Source of the DNA: Candidatus Gastranaerophilales bacterium | Lineage (GTDB): Bacteria; Cyanobacteriota; Vampirovibrionia; Gastranaerophilales; Gastranaerophilaceae | DNA: 64,000 nucleotides | Direction: 5' to 3' | NCBI GenBank assembly: GCA_944325665.1 | Contig: CALVAY010000005.1 | Coordinates: 18,702 to 82,701, forward strand | Notes under the pieces: generated by a model | The model's input: the letters and a program-made list of their open reading frames with translations, nothing else | Database searches by the model: none | What the model was told of the DNA's origin: nothing | Program-made: the position numbers and the translations under genes | In this document: one piece after another, positions 47,499 through 57,062 of the stretch | Numbering within the stretch: the stretch's first letter is position 1 | Layout: each line of letters starts with the position of its first letter

Positions 47499-47579
47499 TA
47501 AAAGGGTAGTATTGTTTTAAAAAAGGTGATAGGATGTCTTTATGATTTCCCTTTTACCAAATTAATTTGGAGAATTTAA

Positions 47580-48887
47580 ATGGCAAAAAATGATGAACCG
47601 AATTTAAAATGTTCTTTCTGCGGTAAAACGCAGGATCAGGTTAAAAAGCTTATAGCAGGGCCTGACGTTTGCATTTGCGACGAGTGTATCGAGCTTTGCA
47701 ACGAGATTTTAGATGAGGAATTATTTAACCTTAAGGGCGATGAAAAAACTCCCGAATCAGAACTTTTATACGAAGGCATTCCAAAGCCTCATGAGATAAA
47801 AGCGTACTTAGACGAGCATATTGTTGGTCAGGACGACGCGAAAAAAGTTCTCTCCGTTGCCGTTTATAACCACTACAAAAGAATTGCTCACAACATGGAA
47901 AATGAAAAATCCGATGTTGAAATTCAAAAGAGCAATATCTTGCTTGTAGGCCCGACAGGTTCAGGTAAAACACTTTTGGCTCAAACTTTAGCCAAACTTT
48001 TAAATGTACCTTTTGCGGTGGCTGACGCTACTACCTTAACAGAGGCAGGTTACGTCGGCGATGACGTTGAAAATATTTTATTAAGATTATACCAAAGTGC
48101 CGACTATAACGCTCAAAAGGCAGAACGCGGCATAATTTACATCGACGAAATAGACAAAATTGCAAGAAAGTCTGAAAACCCGTCTATCACTCGTGATGTA
48201 TCGGGCGAAGGTGTTCAACAGGCACTTTTGAAAATGATAGAAGGTACTGTTGCAAATGTTCCGCCTCAAGGTGGAAGAAAACATCCTCATCAAGAATTTA
48301 TACAAATCGATACTTCTAACATTCTTTTCATTGTTGGCGGTGCGTTTGTCGGTTTGGATAAGATTGTTGAGCGTCGTGCAGGCGATTCTTCAACTGTCGG
48401 TTTTGGTTCAAAACCTGTTTCGGCAGCTGAAAAAGAACTTCAAGCGGCAAAAATGCTTAAAAAACTTCAGCCTGATGACTTGTTAAAATTCGGCTTAATA
48501 CCTGAATTTATCGGTAGAATCCCTGTTTATACAGTTCTTGATCCTTTGGATGAAGAAACTTTGAAAATGATATTAACAAAACCCAAAAATGCCATTGTTA
48601 AGCAGTATCAGTGCTTAATGCAAATGGACGGCGTTGAGTTAAAATTTGACGATGAAGCAATTGACCTTATTGCAAAAGAAGCAATTAAGAGAAAAACAGG
48701 TGCACGTGCACTTCGCTCAATTGTGGAAGAAATTATGCTTGATGTTATGTATGAAGTCCCCTCTAACAGCGACATCAAGACATTTACCATAACTGCTGAT
48801 TTGGTAAGAAAAAAAAAGAACTTAGCGGAGCTAATCAAACTTCCGACGAAAAATAACGTTGAAAAGGTTGAAGAAGATATCGCTTAG
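47580..48887 (+). CDS. clpX: ATP-dependent Clp protease ATP-binding subunit ClpX
   Basis: N-terminal zinc finger CSFCGK...[21 protein letters not shown]. Confidence 0.95.
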   Translation: MAKNDEPNLKCSFCGKTQDQVKKLIAGPDVCICDECIELCNEILDEELFNLKGDEKTPESELLYEGIPKPHEIKAYLDEHIVGQDDAKKVLSVAVYNHYKRIAHNMENEKSDVEIQKSNILLVGPTGSGKTLLAQTLAKLLNVPFAVADATTLTEAGYVGDDVENILLRLYQSADYNAQKAERGIIYIDEIDKIARKSENPSITRDVSGEGVQQALLKMIEGTVANVPPQGGRKHPHQEFIQIDTSNILFIVGGAFVGLDKIVERRAGDSSTVGFGSKPVSAAEKELQAAKMLKKLQPDDLLKFGLIPEFIGRIPVYTVLDPLDEETLKMILTKPKNAIVKQYQCLMQMDGVELKFDDEAIDLIAKEAIKRKTGARALRSIVEEIMLDVMYEVPSNSDIKTFTITADLVRKKKNLAELIKLPTKNNVEKVEEDIA

Positions 48888-48957
48888 ATGATGTAATTTT
48901 CTTGCCAGAAGTCAAATCAGACGATAAAATATTGCTATAACCGGTTTGGAGAATAAA

Positions 48958-50133
48958 ATGAAGAAGATTTTTAAGTTTTTTGCAGTTGTCATTTGTGCAT
49001 TAATGCTTAACGTGCCTGCAATGGCGGATACTTTTAATGACCTGCCAAGCACTCACTGGGCTTATGAAGCAGTTGAGTTTTTGTATGACAACGGTGTTGT
49101 TGTAGGTTACCCCGATGGCAGCTACAAGGCTGATAATAACGTTACAAGGGCAGAATTTTCATCAATGGTTGTAAGTGCCCTAAGACTAAGAGAAAAGACA
49201 ATTACATCTACAAGAAATTATAAAGACGTTGAAGACTGGTATTGGGCTTATAACGATATTCAGCTAGCGTCATTTTTTGATTTAATTGTTGGTACGCCTG
49301 ACGGCTATTTCCGCCCGCTTGACTCTGTTTCGCGTGTTGAAGTTTTGTCAGTTGTGCTAAACTCGCTTTCTACAAATGATATAACTCAAGACGAAGCTTA
49401 TGAAGTTTTATCAAAATACCCTGATGCAGATGAAGTTCCGCTATGGGGTCTTTTAATCACCGCAAAAGCTGTTCAAAACGGTTTGATGTATAATACTCCG
49501 GGCCATGAACATACTCTTGAACCAAACCGCCCTGCAACTCGCGGCGAGGTTGCAATGTTTATTTATAATATGATGAACCAAGTTGCAATTCGTCCGAGCG
49601 AAAAGCTTCAAGAAAAACAACGCCCGATAATTAAAGACGGTTACGTTGTTGAAAATGCTTATTTTGACGGAGACGAAATTGTTATTCCGGCAGGTACGAT
49701 TTTACCTTTGGGTGTTATGGAATGTATCAATGTTCAAAAAGCAAAAGTGGGCGATCCTTTCGTGGCACGTGCTTTGGTTAACTTTGTAAATAAAGACAGA
49801 CTTCTTTTAATCCCGATTGGTAAACAATTCAGCGGTAAAATAGTTAAGGTTGAAAAGCCTCTAAGATTTATAAGAAACGCATATATCGCTCTTCAAACCG
49901 AATACATCTTAGACAAAAACGGCAACGTCGAAGGTCCTGCTTTTGCTACTTTGGGACAAAAAATTGCCGATATGAGATTAATCAGAGGCTGTCCGCACTT
50001 AACAAAAGTTCGCTACTACGGTACAAGAACTCAAAAAATGTGGATACACAAATCTCAAAGAGTGGATTTCGTTCTACAAGAACCTTTAAGATTAAAAATT
50101 CTTGATAATTATTTCATTGAAAAAGATGAATAA
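48958..50133 (+). CDS. SLH (S-layer homology) domain-containing secreted protein
   Basis: Signal peptide. FNDLPSTHWAYEAVEFLYDNGVVVGYPDGSY plus two further SLH-like repeats. Confidence 0.75.
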   Translation: MKKIFKFFAVVICALMLNVPAMADTFNDLPSTHWAYEAVEFLYDNGVVVGYPDGSYKADNNVTRAEFSSMVVSALRLREKTITSTRNYKDVEDWYWAYNDIQLASFFDLIVGTPDGYFRPLDSVSRVEVLSVVLNSLSTNDITQDEAYEVLSKYPDADEVPLWGLLITAKAVQNGLMYNTPGHEHTLEPNRPATRGEVAMFIYNMMNQVAIRPSEKLQEKQRPIIKDGYVVENAYFDGDEIVIPAGTILPLGVMECINVQKAKVGDPFVARALVNFVNKDRLLLIPIGKQFSGKIVKVEKPLRFIRNAYIALQTEYILDKNGNVEGPAFATLGQKIADMRLIRGCPHLTKVRYYGTRTQKMWIHKSQRVDFVLQEPLRLKILDNYFIEKDE

Positions 50134-50163
50134 TTAAAAGAAGATTAATTTTTGTAATATTTT

Positions 50164-50218
50164 AAAAAATCCTTATTATTATATGAATATAAAGCGTTCG
50201 AGATAATAAGGATTTTTT
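50164..50218 (+). promoter_or_regulatory. Perfect 16-bp inverted repeat: terminator of the SLH gene and/or a hairpin occluding the clpB Shine-Dalgarno
   Basis: AAAAAATCCTTATTAT (50164-50179) pairs with ATAATAAGGATTTTTT (50203-50218). The only SD-like AAGGA of clpB lies in the 3' arm. The clpB ATG is at 50220. Confidence 0.45.
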
Positions 50219-50219
50219 T

Positions 50220-52808
50220 ATGTTCGATAATTTTACACAATCGGCTCAAATGGTCATATTTGAGGCACAAGAGTCGGCAAAGGCAAATAATAATTCTTTA
50301 ATTGAGCCTGCACATATATTGTTGGCGTTGGCTAATTCTCAAGAAAGCTCTGCCGCTCAATTAATGAGTGAATTAAAATTAAACACTACGTTATTTAAAG
50401 ACGACTTAAGAGCGATTATAAATAATCTTGCGAAAGTTTCTTCGCCAAGCGAAATATACTTTTCAAAAGAAAGCGCCAAGCTTTTTGAAGTTGCGGCAGA
50501 TGAGGCAAAAAGTCTTAAGGACAAATATGTTTCGCCTGAGCATTTACTTTTAGCTTTGGTGCAAACTGCTCAAAATACTGATTTAGAGCGAATTTTTAAT
50601 AAATTTTCAATTACAAAAGATAAAATTTTACTCTCGATGAAAAATATAAGGGGGGACAAAAAAGTGGATACTAAAAATGCTGATGAAGATTATAAAATAA
50701 TGGAAAAATTCTCTGTTGACCTAACACAACGTGCCAGAGAAGGTAAGCTCGACCCTGTAATAGGACGAGACGAAGAAGTAAGAAGAATTATTCAGGTTCT
50801 AAACCGCAGGACAAAAAACAACCCCGTGCTGATTGGTGAAGCCGGAGTCGGTAAAACCGCTATTGTTGAAGGTCTTGCACAAAGAATTATAAGGGGCGAT
50901 GTGCCTGAAGGTCTTAAAAATACAAAACTTGTGGCACTTGATATTGGTGCTCTTGTTGCAGGTGCAAAGTTCAGGGGCGAATTTGAAGAAAGACTTAAAA
51001 AAGTTATAACCGAGGTTGAAAAGTCTAACGGTCAAATTATTATGTTCATTGATGAACTTCACACTGTTGTAGGTGCAGGCGCCAGCGAGGGTTCAACCGA
51101 TGCCGGTAACCTTTTAAAACCTATGCTTGCACGTGGTCAGATAAGAACAATCGGTGCGACAACCGTTAATGAATACAGAAAATACATAGAAAAAGACCCT
51201 GCTCTTGAGCGTCGTTTTCAACCTGTTCTTGTGGATGAACCGACTGTGGAAGATACAATTTCAATCCTAAGAGGTTTAAAGGACAAATACGAAGTTCATC
51301 ACGGAGTCAGAATTAAAGACTCTGCCCTTGTTGCGGCAGCAGAGCTTTCTAACCGTTACATAACAGACAGGTTTTTGCCCGATAAGGCGATAGACCTTGT
51401 GGATGAAGCGGCTTCAAGCGTTAGAATTGAGATAGATTCAATGCCCGAAGAGCTTGATAAGCTTGAAAGACAAAAGTTACAGCTTCAAATTGAATTGCAA
51501 TCCTTAAAGTCTGACAATGATAATAAGGATGAGGATAAAATTAACGCTGTAAATAAGGCACTTGAAGAGATAAGCTCAAAAGCTGATGTTCTTAAAAAAC
51601 AATGGGAAGCCGAAAAGAGCAGCATTAAAGGCGAAGCGGGCATAAAAGCCGAAATAGAAAAAATTCGCCACGACATTGAAAATGCCGAACGTGATGCTGA
51701 CCTTGAAGTTGCCGCAAAATTAAAATACGGCAGATTGCCCGAACTTGAAAGACAGCTAAAGGAAGCAAAAAGCTCTGAAGGCAAGAAAAACACCCTTTTA
51801 AAAGAAGAAATCGACGATGAAGATATTGCAAATATTGTTGCAAAATGGACGGGAATACCTGTTGCAAAGCTTGTTGAGTCCGAAAGTAAGAAATTAATCG
51901 AGATGGAAAATTTAATCCATAAAAGAGTAGTCGGACAAAATGAAGCGGTAGAAGTCGTTGCAGACGCCATAAGAAGAGCCCGTTCAGGTTTAAAAGACCC
52001 TAAACGTCCGATTGGTACGTTTTTGTTCCTTGGCCCGACAGGTGTCGGTAAAACCGAACTTGCAAGAGCTTTGGCAGAATTTATGTTCCAAGACGAAGAT
52101 GCACTTATCAGAATTGATATGACAGAATATATGGAAAAACACTCTGTTTCAAGGCTTATAGGCGCACCTCCCGGATATGTCGGCTACGACGAAGGCGGTC
52201 AGTTGACAGAAAGGGTAAGAAGAAAACCTTATTCGGTTATTCTTTTTGATGAAGTCGAAAAGGCTCACCCTGATGTGTTTAACATCATGTTGCAAATTTT
52301 CGATGACGGTCGTTTGACAGATTCCAAGGGCAAAACCGTAGATTTCAAAAATACAATTATAATTATGACCTCAAATATTGGCTCGGATATTATTCTGGAC
52401 AAAGCCGTAAAAGGCTTGTTGTCCGAGGCTGAAAAAGAACAAACCAAAGAAGAAATAACTCAAAAGCTAAGAGAATACTTTAAGCCTGAATTTTTAAACA
52501 GGATTGATGAAACGGTGTTCTTTGACGCTTTAACTTTGGATAATTTAAAACATATTGTTGATATTCAAGTTCAATATTTGAAAAAATTGCTTGAAGAAAG
52601 GAAAATTGAAATTGAAATCACGGAAGACGCCAAGGAAAGACTTGCGCTAAACGGCTTTAACCCAATCTACGGTGCTCGTCCGCTAAAACGTGAAATTCGT
52701 CAAAGCATTGAAAATCCTCTTTCAAAAGCACTTTTGAAGGGCGAATTTAAAGAGGGTGATAAAATAAAAATCGATGAAAAAGACGAAAAAATCGTATTTT
52801 CCAAATAA
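50220..52808 (+). CDS. clpB: Chaperone/disaggregase ClpB
   Basis: 862 aa with two AAA+ modules ([15 protein letters not shown]; [15 protein letters not shown]) and the middle coiled-coil domain. Confidence 0.95.
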   Translation: MFDNFTQSAQMVIFEAQESAKANNNSLIEPAHILLALANSQESSAAQLMSELKLNTTLFKDDLRAIINNLAKVSSPSEIYFSKESAKLFEVAADEAKSLKDKYVSPEHLLLALVQTAQNTDLERIFNKFSITKDKILLSMKNIRGDKKVDTKNADEDYKIMEKFSVDLTQRAREGKLDPVIGRDEEVRRIIQVLNRRTKNNPVLIGEAGVGKTAIVEGLAQRIIRGDVPEGLKNTKLVALDIGALVAGAKFRGEFEERLKKVITEVEKSNGQIIMFIDELHTVVGAGASEGSTDAGNLLKPMLARGQIRTIGATTVNEYRKYIEKDPALERRFQPVLVDEPTVEDTISILRGLKDKYEVHHGVRIKDSALVAAAELSNRYITDRFLPDKAIDLVDEAASSVRIEIDSMPEELDKLERQKLQLQIELQSLKSDNDNKDEDKINAVNKALEEISSKADVLKKQWEAEKSSIKGEAGIKAEIEKIRHDIENAERDADLEVAAKLKYGRLPELERQLKEAKSSEGKKNTLLKEEIDDEDIANIVAKWTGIPVAKLVESESKKLIEMENLIHKRVVGQNEAVEVVADAIRRARSGLKDPKRPIGTFLFLGPTGVGKTELARALAEFMFQDEDALIRIDMTEYMEKHSVSRLIGAPPGYVGYDEGGQLTERVRRKPYSVILFDEVEKAHPDVFNIMLQIFDDGRLTDSKGKTVDFKNTIIIMTSNIGSDIILDKAVKGLLSEAEKEQTKEEITQKLREYFKPEFLNRIDETVFFDALTLDNLKHIVDIQVQYLKKLLEERKIEIEITEDAKERLALNGFNPIYGARPLKREIRQSIENPLSKALLKGEFKEGDKIKIDEKDEKIVFSK

Positions 52809-52810
52809 GA

Positions 52811-52843
52811 AATAACCGCCATTTTGGCGGTTATTTTAATTTT
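52811..52843. terminator. Bidirectional intrinsic terminator between clpB and recO
   Basis: AATAACCGCC-atttt-GGCGGTTATT, flanked by A- and T-runs. Confidence 0.6.
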
Positions 52844-53613
52844 TCTAATATTTTTAATGCTCGAGTAGGCTTTGAAGCACGGGAATCGATGTATTTTTTT
52901 AAAAGTCCGAAACATCTTTCGCAAAAGTTTTTATCCACAAGTGCGTCATAGTCTGTTTTTTCGCCTAATTGACAATTTTTTTGCGAAATTAAAAAGTCCC
53001 TTATTTTTTTATGAACTCTTATATAATTATCGCCGCTATATCTGCAAGTTGAACAAACAACGCCGCCCTGAGCGATTGAAAAATAGGCGTCTTCGGAAAT
53101 TTTGCACCCGCATTTAAGACAGGTTTCAAGCTCTGTACCGTAGCCGATTTGCTCCATAAACTTAAGCTGAAATCTGATTATGTTGAGCAGAATTTCAACT
53201 TCATTCTCTGCATTTGCAACCTGTTCTAAAATGTTATAAAAAAGCTCATAAATTGCCTTATTATTTTCGTTTTCCTCGTCCCCGTCCGTGCAGTAGGCAC
53301 TTATAATTTCGGTTAAATAAATTGAATAAGAAAGCTTGTCTAAGTTTGAGCGAAGCTTGTTAAAAGTGTTCAGTGCCTGCGCTTCGCAGATTGTATCGAA
53401 ATTTCTGCCCCCTCTTAGCATGATTTTATTTGCAACTAACATCTGCATTCTTGCGCCCAGCTTAGATTTCGGACGTTTAACACCTTTTGCGATACCCTTT
53501 ATCAGCCCGCGCTCACGGGAAAACATTACGACAATGTTGTCATAATCGCTTAGCGGGTAGGTTTTTATGTTTATGGCGTCAACCACAAAATTTTCTTTTA
53601 TATTTTTATTCAT
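52831..53613 (-). CDS. recO: DNA repair protein RecO
   Basis: 260 aa with an OB-fold N-terminus and a Cys4 zinc motif (CLKCGC...CSTC). Confidence 0.8.
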   Translation of the reverse strand: MNKNIKENFVVDAINIKTYPLSDYDNIVVMFSRERGLIKGIAKGVKRPKSKLGARMQMLVANKIMLRGGRNFDTICEAQALNTFNKLRSNLDKLSYSIYLTEIISAYCTDGDEENENNKAIYELFYNILEQVANAENEVEILLNIIRFQLKFMEQIGYGTELETCLKCGCKISEDAYFSIAQGGVVCSTCRYSGDNYIRVHKKIRDFLISQKNCQLGEKTDYDALVDKNFCERCFGLLKKYIDSRASKPTRALKILEKLK

Positions 53614-54910
53614 AGTTTTTTGTTAGTTGAGTTTTTATAAAATCCTCTCTTAAATCGTCTAAACTGTAATATTCACAGCGAATATCACAGTCTGAAAGAG
53701 TGTTTTGGAATAAATTTTTATAAAACTCCTTCTTGTCGTTTTCTTTTGTGAAAAGGTAAATCCTCTTAGGGCTTGAACACTCTAAAGCAGTTTTTATAAA
53801 GTCGGTTATTATTTCTTTTCCTTCTTCAAAAGACGGGTTAATTAAAATCCAAACTTCTGATTTAATAAAGGATTTAAGAGCCTTTTGCCAGTATATCGGA
53901 TTTTGAATATTTTTTGAAATTGGCGAATATAACTCGCAAAAAGACGCGCCATCACAGTTTGGACACTGAATTGCAAGAGTTTTTGTATCTTTTGGCTCAA
54001 CAATTACTTTATTTTCGCATTTAGGGCAAAAGAAGATATTAAACAGCCCAAAAAGAGGGATAAAGTTAATTGTTTTCTTGTTTGATGTATCTTCAGCCAA
54101 GTTTTTAATTGAAGGAATTTCAAAATTTATATCTTTGTCTTTTAAAAATTTTACTTGTTCTTGGCTTTGAGAGGTGCTCACAAGGGAAATTTCTTCTTTT
54201 GAATTTAAAAGACAGCTAAAAACTTTTTCTAAGTCGCCGACTTGCGTATTTACAAGGTTACTTAGCATACTAAGCTCTTGAAGAACATCATTTGTGCAAT
54301 TATCTTTTAATAAATCCGCATTGTATTTTTTAATTAGAGAAAAATCAATTTTATTATTGTCATCATAAAAGACCAAAGTACCCTGTGTTTGGGCTTTTGG
54401 AGTTTTATCTTCAGATGTTTGAACTGACGCCTGTGCTTTAAAAAATCCTGTGGGTAAATTAGGCTTTAAAGAAGGGTTTTGAACACCTATTGTTTGAGGT
54501 TTTACATAGGTTTGCGGGTTATTGTTTTCGCTAAAGCTTTTTTCAAAATTTTCCTGTTCTTTTTGTGCTTCCTTTTGCGCCATGTACTCTTCGTAAGCTT
54601 CCCCTTGAAGTTTTACGTTTTCAGGATTAATCTCAAGCGGGGGAACTTTTTGCTCACTATCTTCAGATTTTATTCCCAAAATTTCTTCTATTGTCGGACA
54701 TAAAATTTCTGCAATATCTTCAGGGATATTATTTTTTTTAACATATTCAAGGATTTGGTTTAATTCGGTTAAAAATTCAAACTTATGCCCCATATGAAAC
54801 TTTTCATGCAGTTTGTATGCACCGTCTTTTAAAAGTCGCATATCATCCTTTCTTAATGCAACTTCAAGACGTTTAATTGTCATTGATTCTGACTCAGGAA
54901 ATGGCGCCAT
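53606..54910 (-). CDS. Hypothetical protein with a C4 zinc ribbon, between pilT and recO
   Basis: 434 aa. CPKCENK...CPNCDG. No family recognised. Confidence 0.5.
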   Translation of the reverse strand: MAPFPESESMTIKRLEVALRKDDMRLLKDGAYKLHEKFHMGHKFEFLTELNQILEYVKKNNIPEDIAEILCPTIEEILGIKSEDSEQKVPPLEINPENVKLQGEAYEEYMAQKEAQKEQENFEKSFSENNNPQTYVKPQTIGVQNPSLKPNLPTGFFKAQASVQTSEDKTPKAQTQGTLVFYDDNNKIDFSLIKKYNADLLKDNCTNDVLQELSMLSNLVNTQVGDLEKVFSCLLNSKEEISLVSTSQSQEQVKFLKDKDINFEIPSIKNLAEDTSNKKTINFIPLFGLFNIFFCPKCENKVIVEPKDTKTLAIQCPNCDGASFCELYSPISKNIQNPIYWQKALKSFIKSEVWILINPSFEEGKEIITDFIKTALECSSPKRIYLFTKENDKKEFYKNLFQNTLSDCDIRCEYYSLDDLREDFIKTQLTKNYE

Positions 54911-54919
54911 ATTACTCTC

Positions 54920-56038
54920 CTAGATTATATCCCCGCCGGTCATATTTTTTGCACCGTGGTAAATTCCTCTAATCATTTGTTCAAGCTCGTTCTTGTTATC
55001 ACTGTACTCCAGAGCGATTTCTTGCTCGATTATTCCGTGTTTTAACAGTGTATAAAGAGATGAGTTCATTGTGGTTAAGTTTGGAAATTTACTTTTTTGC
55101 ATCAGTAAATATACATCTTCAAAATTGCCTTTCAAAAGGTAATCGGATATTGCGGGAGTTACGGTCATAATTTCCACGGCTGCCGCAAGACCGCCGCCTT
55201 TTCTTGGCATAAGTTTTTGTGAAATTGTTGCACGAAGAGTGTTTATAACCCTTTGCACGATAAGTGCAGAGGATTTATCTTCAAAAAATCCTAAAATTCT
55301 GTTTATTGTCTGAATACAAGAGTTGGTGTGCATTGTAGATAATACCAAATGCCCTGTTTCAGAAGCTTCAATGGCTGCTTCAAGTGTTTCCCTGTCTCTT
55401 ATCTCGCCGACTAATATAACGTCGGGGTCTTGTCTTAGGGCGTATTTAATACCTGAGGCGAAAGTTTCGGTATCAATACCTAAGCCCCTTTGTGTAATTA
55501 GTGATTTTCTGTCTGTGTATAAAAACTCAACAGGGTCTTCGATTGATATAATGTGTTTTTGCTGTTCTTTGTTAATTAAATCAAGCATTGCAGCCAAAGT
55601 AGTTGATTTACCTGAGCCCGTCGGTCCTGTAACAAGGACAATACCGTTGTTAAATTTTGTAAGTTCCGCTAAATAAGAGGGAAGCTGAAGCTCTTCAAGC
55701 GTTGGAATATTATATGGAATTACACGCATTGTTAACTTTGGCAAACCTAAGTCTTTGCAGTAATTAACCCTGTATCTGCAAAGGTTTTTAACCTCGTATG
55801 TGAAATCAATATTGTTTGATTTTCTTATGTTTTCCAACACATCTTTTTTTGCAATAGTCGTTAGAATATTTTCAAAATCTTCTTCACTCAGGGGTGCGCT
55901 TGCAGTTCTTATAATTCTTCCGTCTATTCTTAAGGAGGGTGCTTTTCCTTCTCTAAAGTGAACATCCGATGCGCCTGCTTTATGTGCTTTCGCTAAAAAT
56001 TCATTTAAGTTAAATTCGCTTGTCAAAATATCCCCCAA
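54920..56038 (-). CDS. pilT: Type IV pilus retraction ATPase PilT
   Basis: GPTGSGKSTTLAAM Walker A, the ISIEDPVE pattern, and a size typical of PilT/PilU. Confidence 0.85.
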   Translation of the reverse strand: MGDILTSEFNLNEFLAKAHKAGASDVHFREGKAPSLRIDGRIIRTASAPLSEEDFENILTTIAKKDVLENIRKSNNIDFTYEVKNLCRYRVNYCKDLGLPKLTMRVIPYNIPTLEELQLPSYLAELTKFNNGIVLVTGPTGSGKSTTLAAMLDLINKEQQKHIISIEDPVEFLYTDRKSLITQRGLGIDTETFASGIKYALRQDPDVILVGEIRDRETLEAAIEASETGHLVLSTMHTNSCIQTINRILGFFEDKSSALIVQRVINTLRATISQKLMPRKGGGLAAAVEIMTVTPAISDYLLKGNFEDVYLLMQKSKFPNLTTMNSSLYTLLKHGIIEQEIALEYSDNKNELEQMIRGIYHGAKNMTGGDII

Positions 56039-56240
56039 AATTCTCCTAGTAATATTCTATACACATTTACAATATAATACAATTCTAGCACATAACGCTT
56101 TTTTTGGCCTTGTGTAAAGCATATTTTTCCAATTTGTTAAGAAATGTTAATCTTCAAAAAACATGCATGCAATTTTTCAAGCCAAAAAGTTTTTATTATA
56201 GTGTAGGTTAGTTTAAATAATTATTGGAAGGAAGTTTACA

Positions 56241-56984
56241 ATGAGTGCAGTTACAGGTTTAACCGGCTATGCGGATTATTCTGCTCTAAATGGTATTGCA
56301 GGTTCATATAACGGGCTTGGCACAACCTATTCAACCCCAACATATGGTAATTATGGCTACTATGGCGGTTATTATTGGGGTATGGATGTTGATCAGGCAA
56401 AAGAAAATCTGCAAAATAACTATGATTTATCTACTTTACAACAGTCTTTTGGAAATAAACAAGGTGTTCAAAACCTTGATTGGTCTCAACTTTGTGCCAA
56501 TATTTCCACACTATTGCAACAAGGCAGAACAGATGATGCTATTGTTGAATACAAAAAATTAACAAAATCTATGTCTGAAGCTCAACAATATGAAGGCTAT
56601 AACGAAAGCCAAATCAAAGCTTTAGCACAAAAACTTTACGCTCAAACAACAGGTATCAATCTTGTTGATGACATCGATGCAAACGCATCAACAGCATTTA
56701 TTCAAGGTGTAAAAGCAGGTATTCCGATTTTCGGAACAATCTTTGCACAAGGCAACTCTAAAGAAGATATGATTTCTGAAGTAACAGGCGTAAGTCAATC
56801 TAAAGGTGCAGCAGTTGCTAAAGGTCTTGGCGCAATTGCAGCAGGTGCAGGTACAGGTGCAGCAGCAGGCGCAGCTCTTGGTCTATGCGGCGGTCCTTTT
56901 GCACCAATAACTTCAACAGCAGGTGCTATCGGCGGTGCTATCGTCGGCGGTGTTATCTCTATTGGTAAATTAATTTTCAGCTAA
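56241..56984 (+). CDS. Hypothetical protein with a Gly/Tyr-rich N-terminus and a glycine-zipper C-terminus
   Basis: 247 aa. C-terminus GLGAIAAGAGTGAAAGAALGLCGG...GGAIVGGVISIG. Confidence 0.5.
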   Translation: MSAVTGLTGYADYSALNGIAGSYNGLGTTYSTPTYGNYGYYGGYYWGMDVDQAKENLQNNYDLSTLQQSFGNKQGVQNLDWSQLCANISTLLQQGRTDDAIVEYKKLTKSMSEAQQYEGYNESQIKALAQKLYAQTTGINLVDDIDANASTAFIQGVKAGIPIFGTIFAQGNSKEDMISEVTGVSQSKGAAVAKGLGAIAAGAGTGAAAGAALGLCGGPFAPITSTAGAIGGAIVGGVISIGKLIFS

Positions 56985-57033
56985 TAAAAAAGTAAACTTC
57001 CTCATTCGTATAACAACCTATATTTAACAACAA

Positions 57034-57060
57034 AACCCTGCAACAGCAGGGTTTTCTTTT
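57034..57060. terminator. Bidirectional intrinsic terminator
   Basis: AACCCTGC-aaca-GCAGGGTT followed by TTCTTTT. Confidence 0.65.
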
Positions 57061-57062
57061 GG

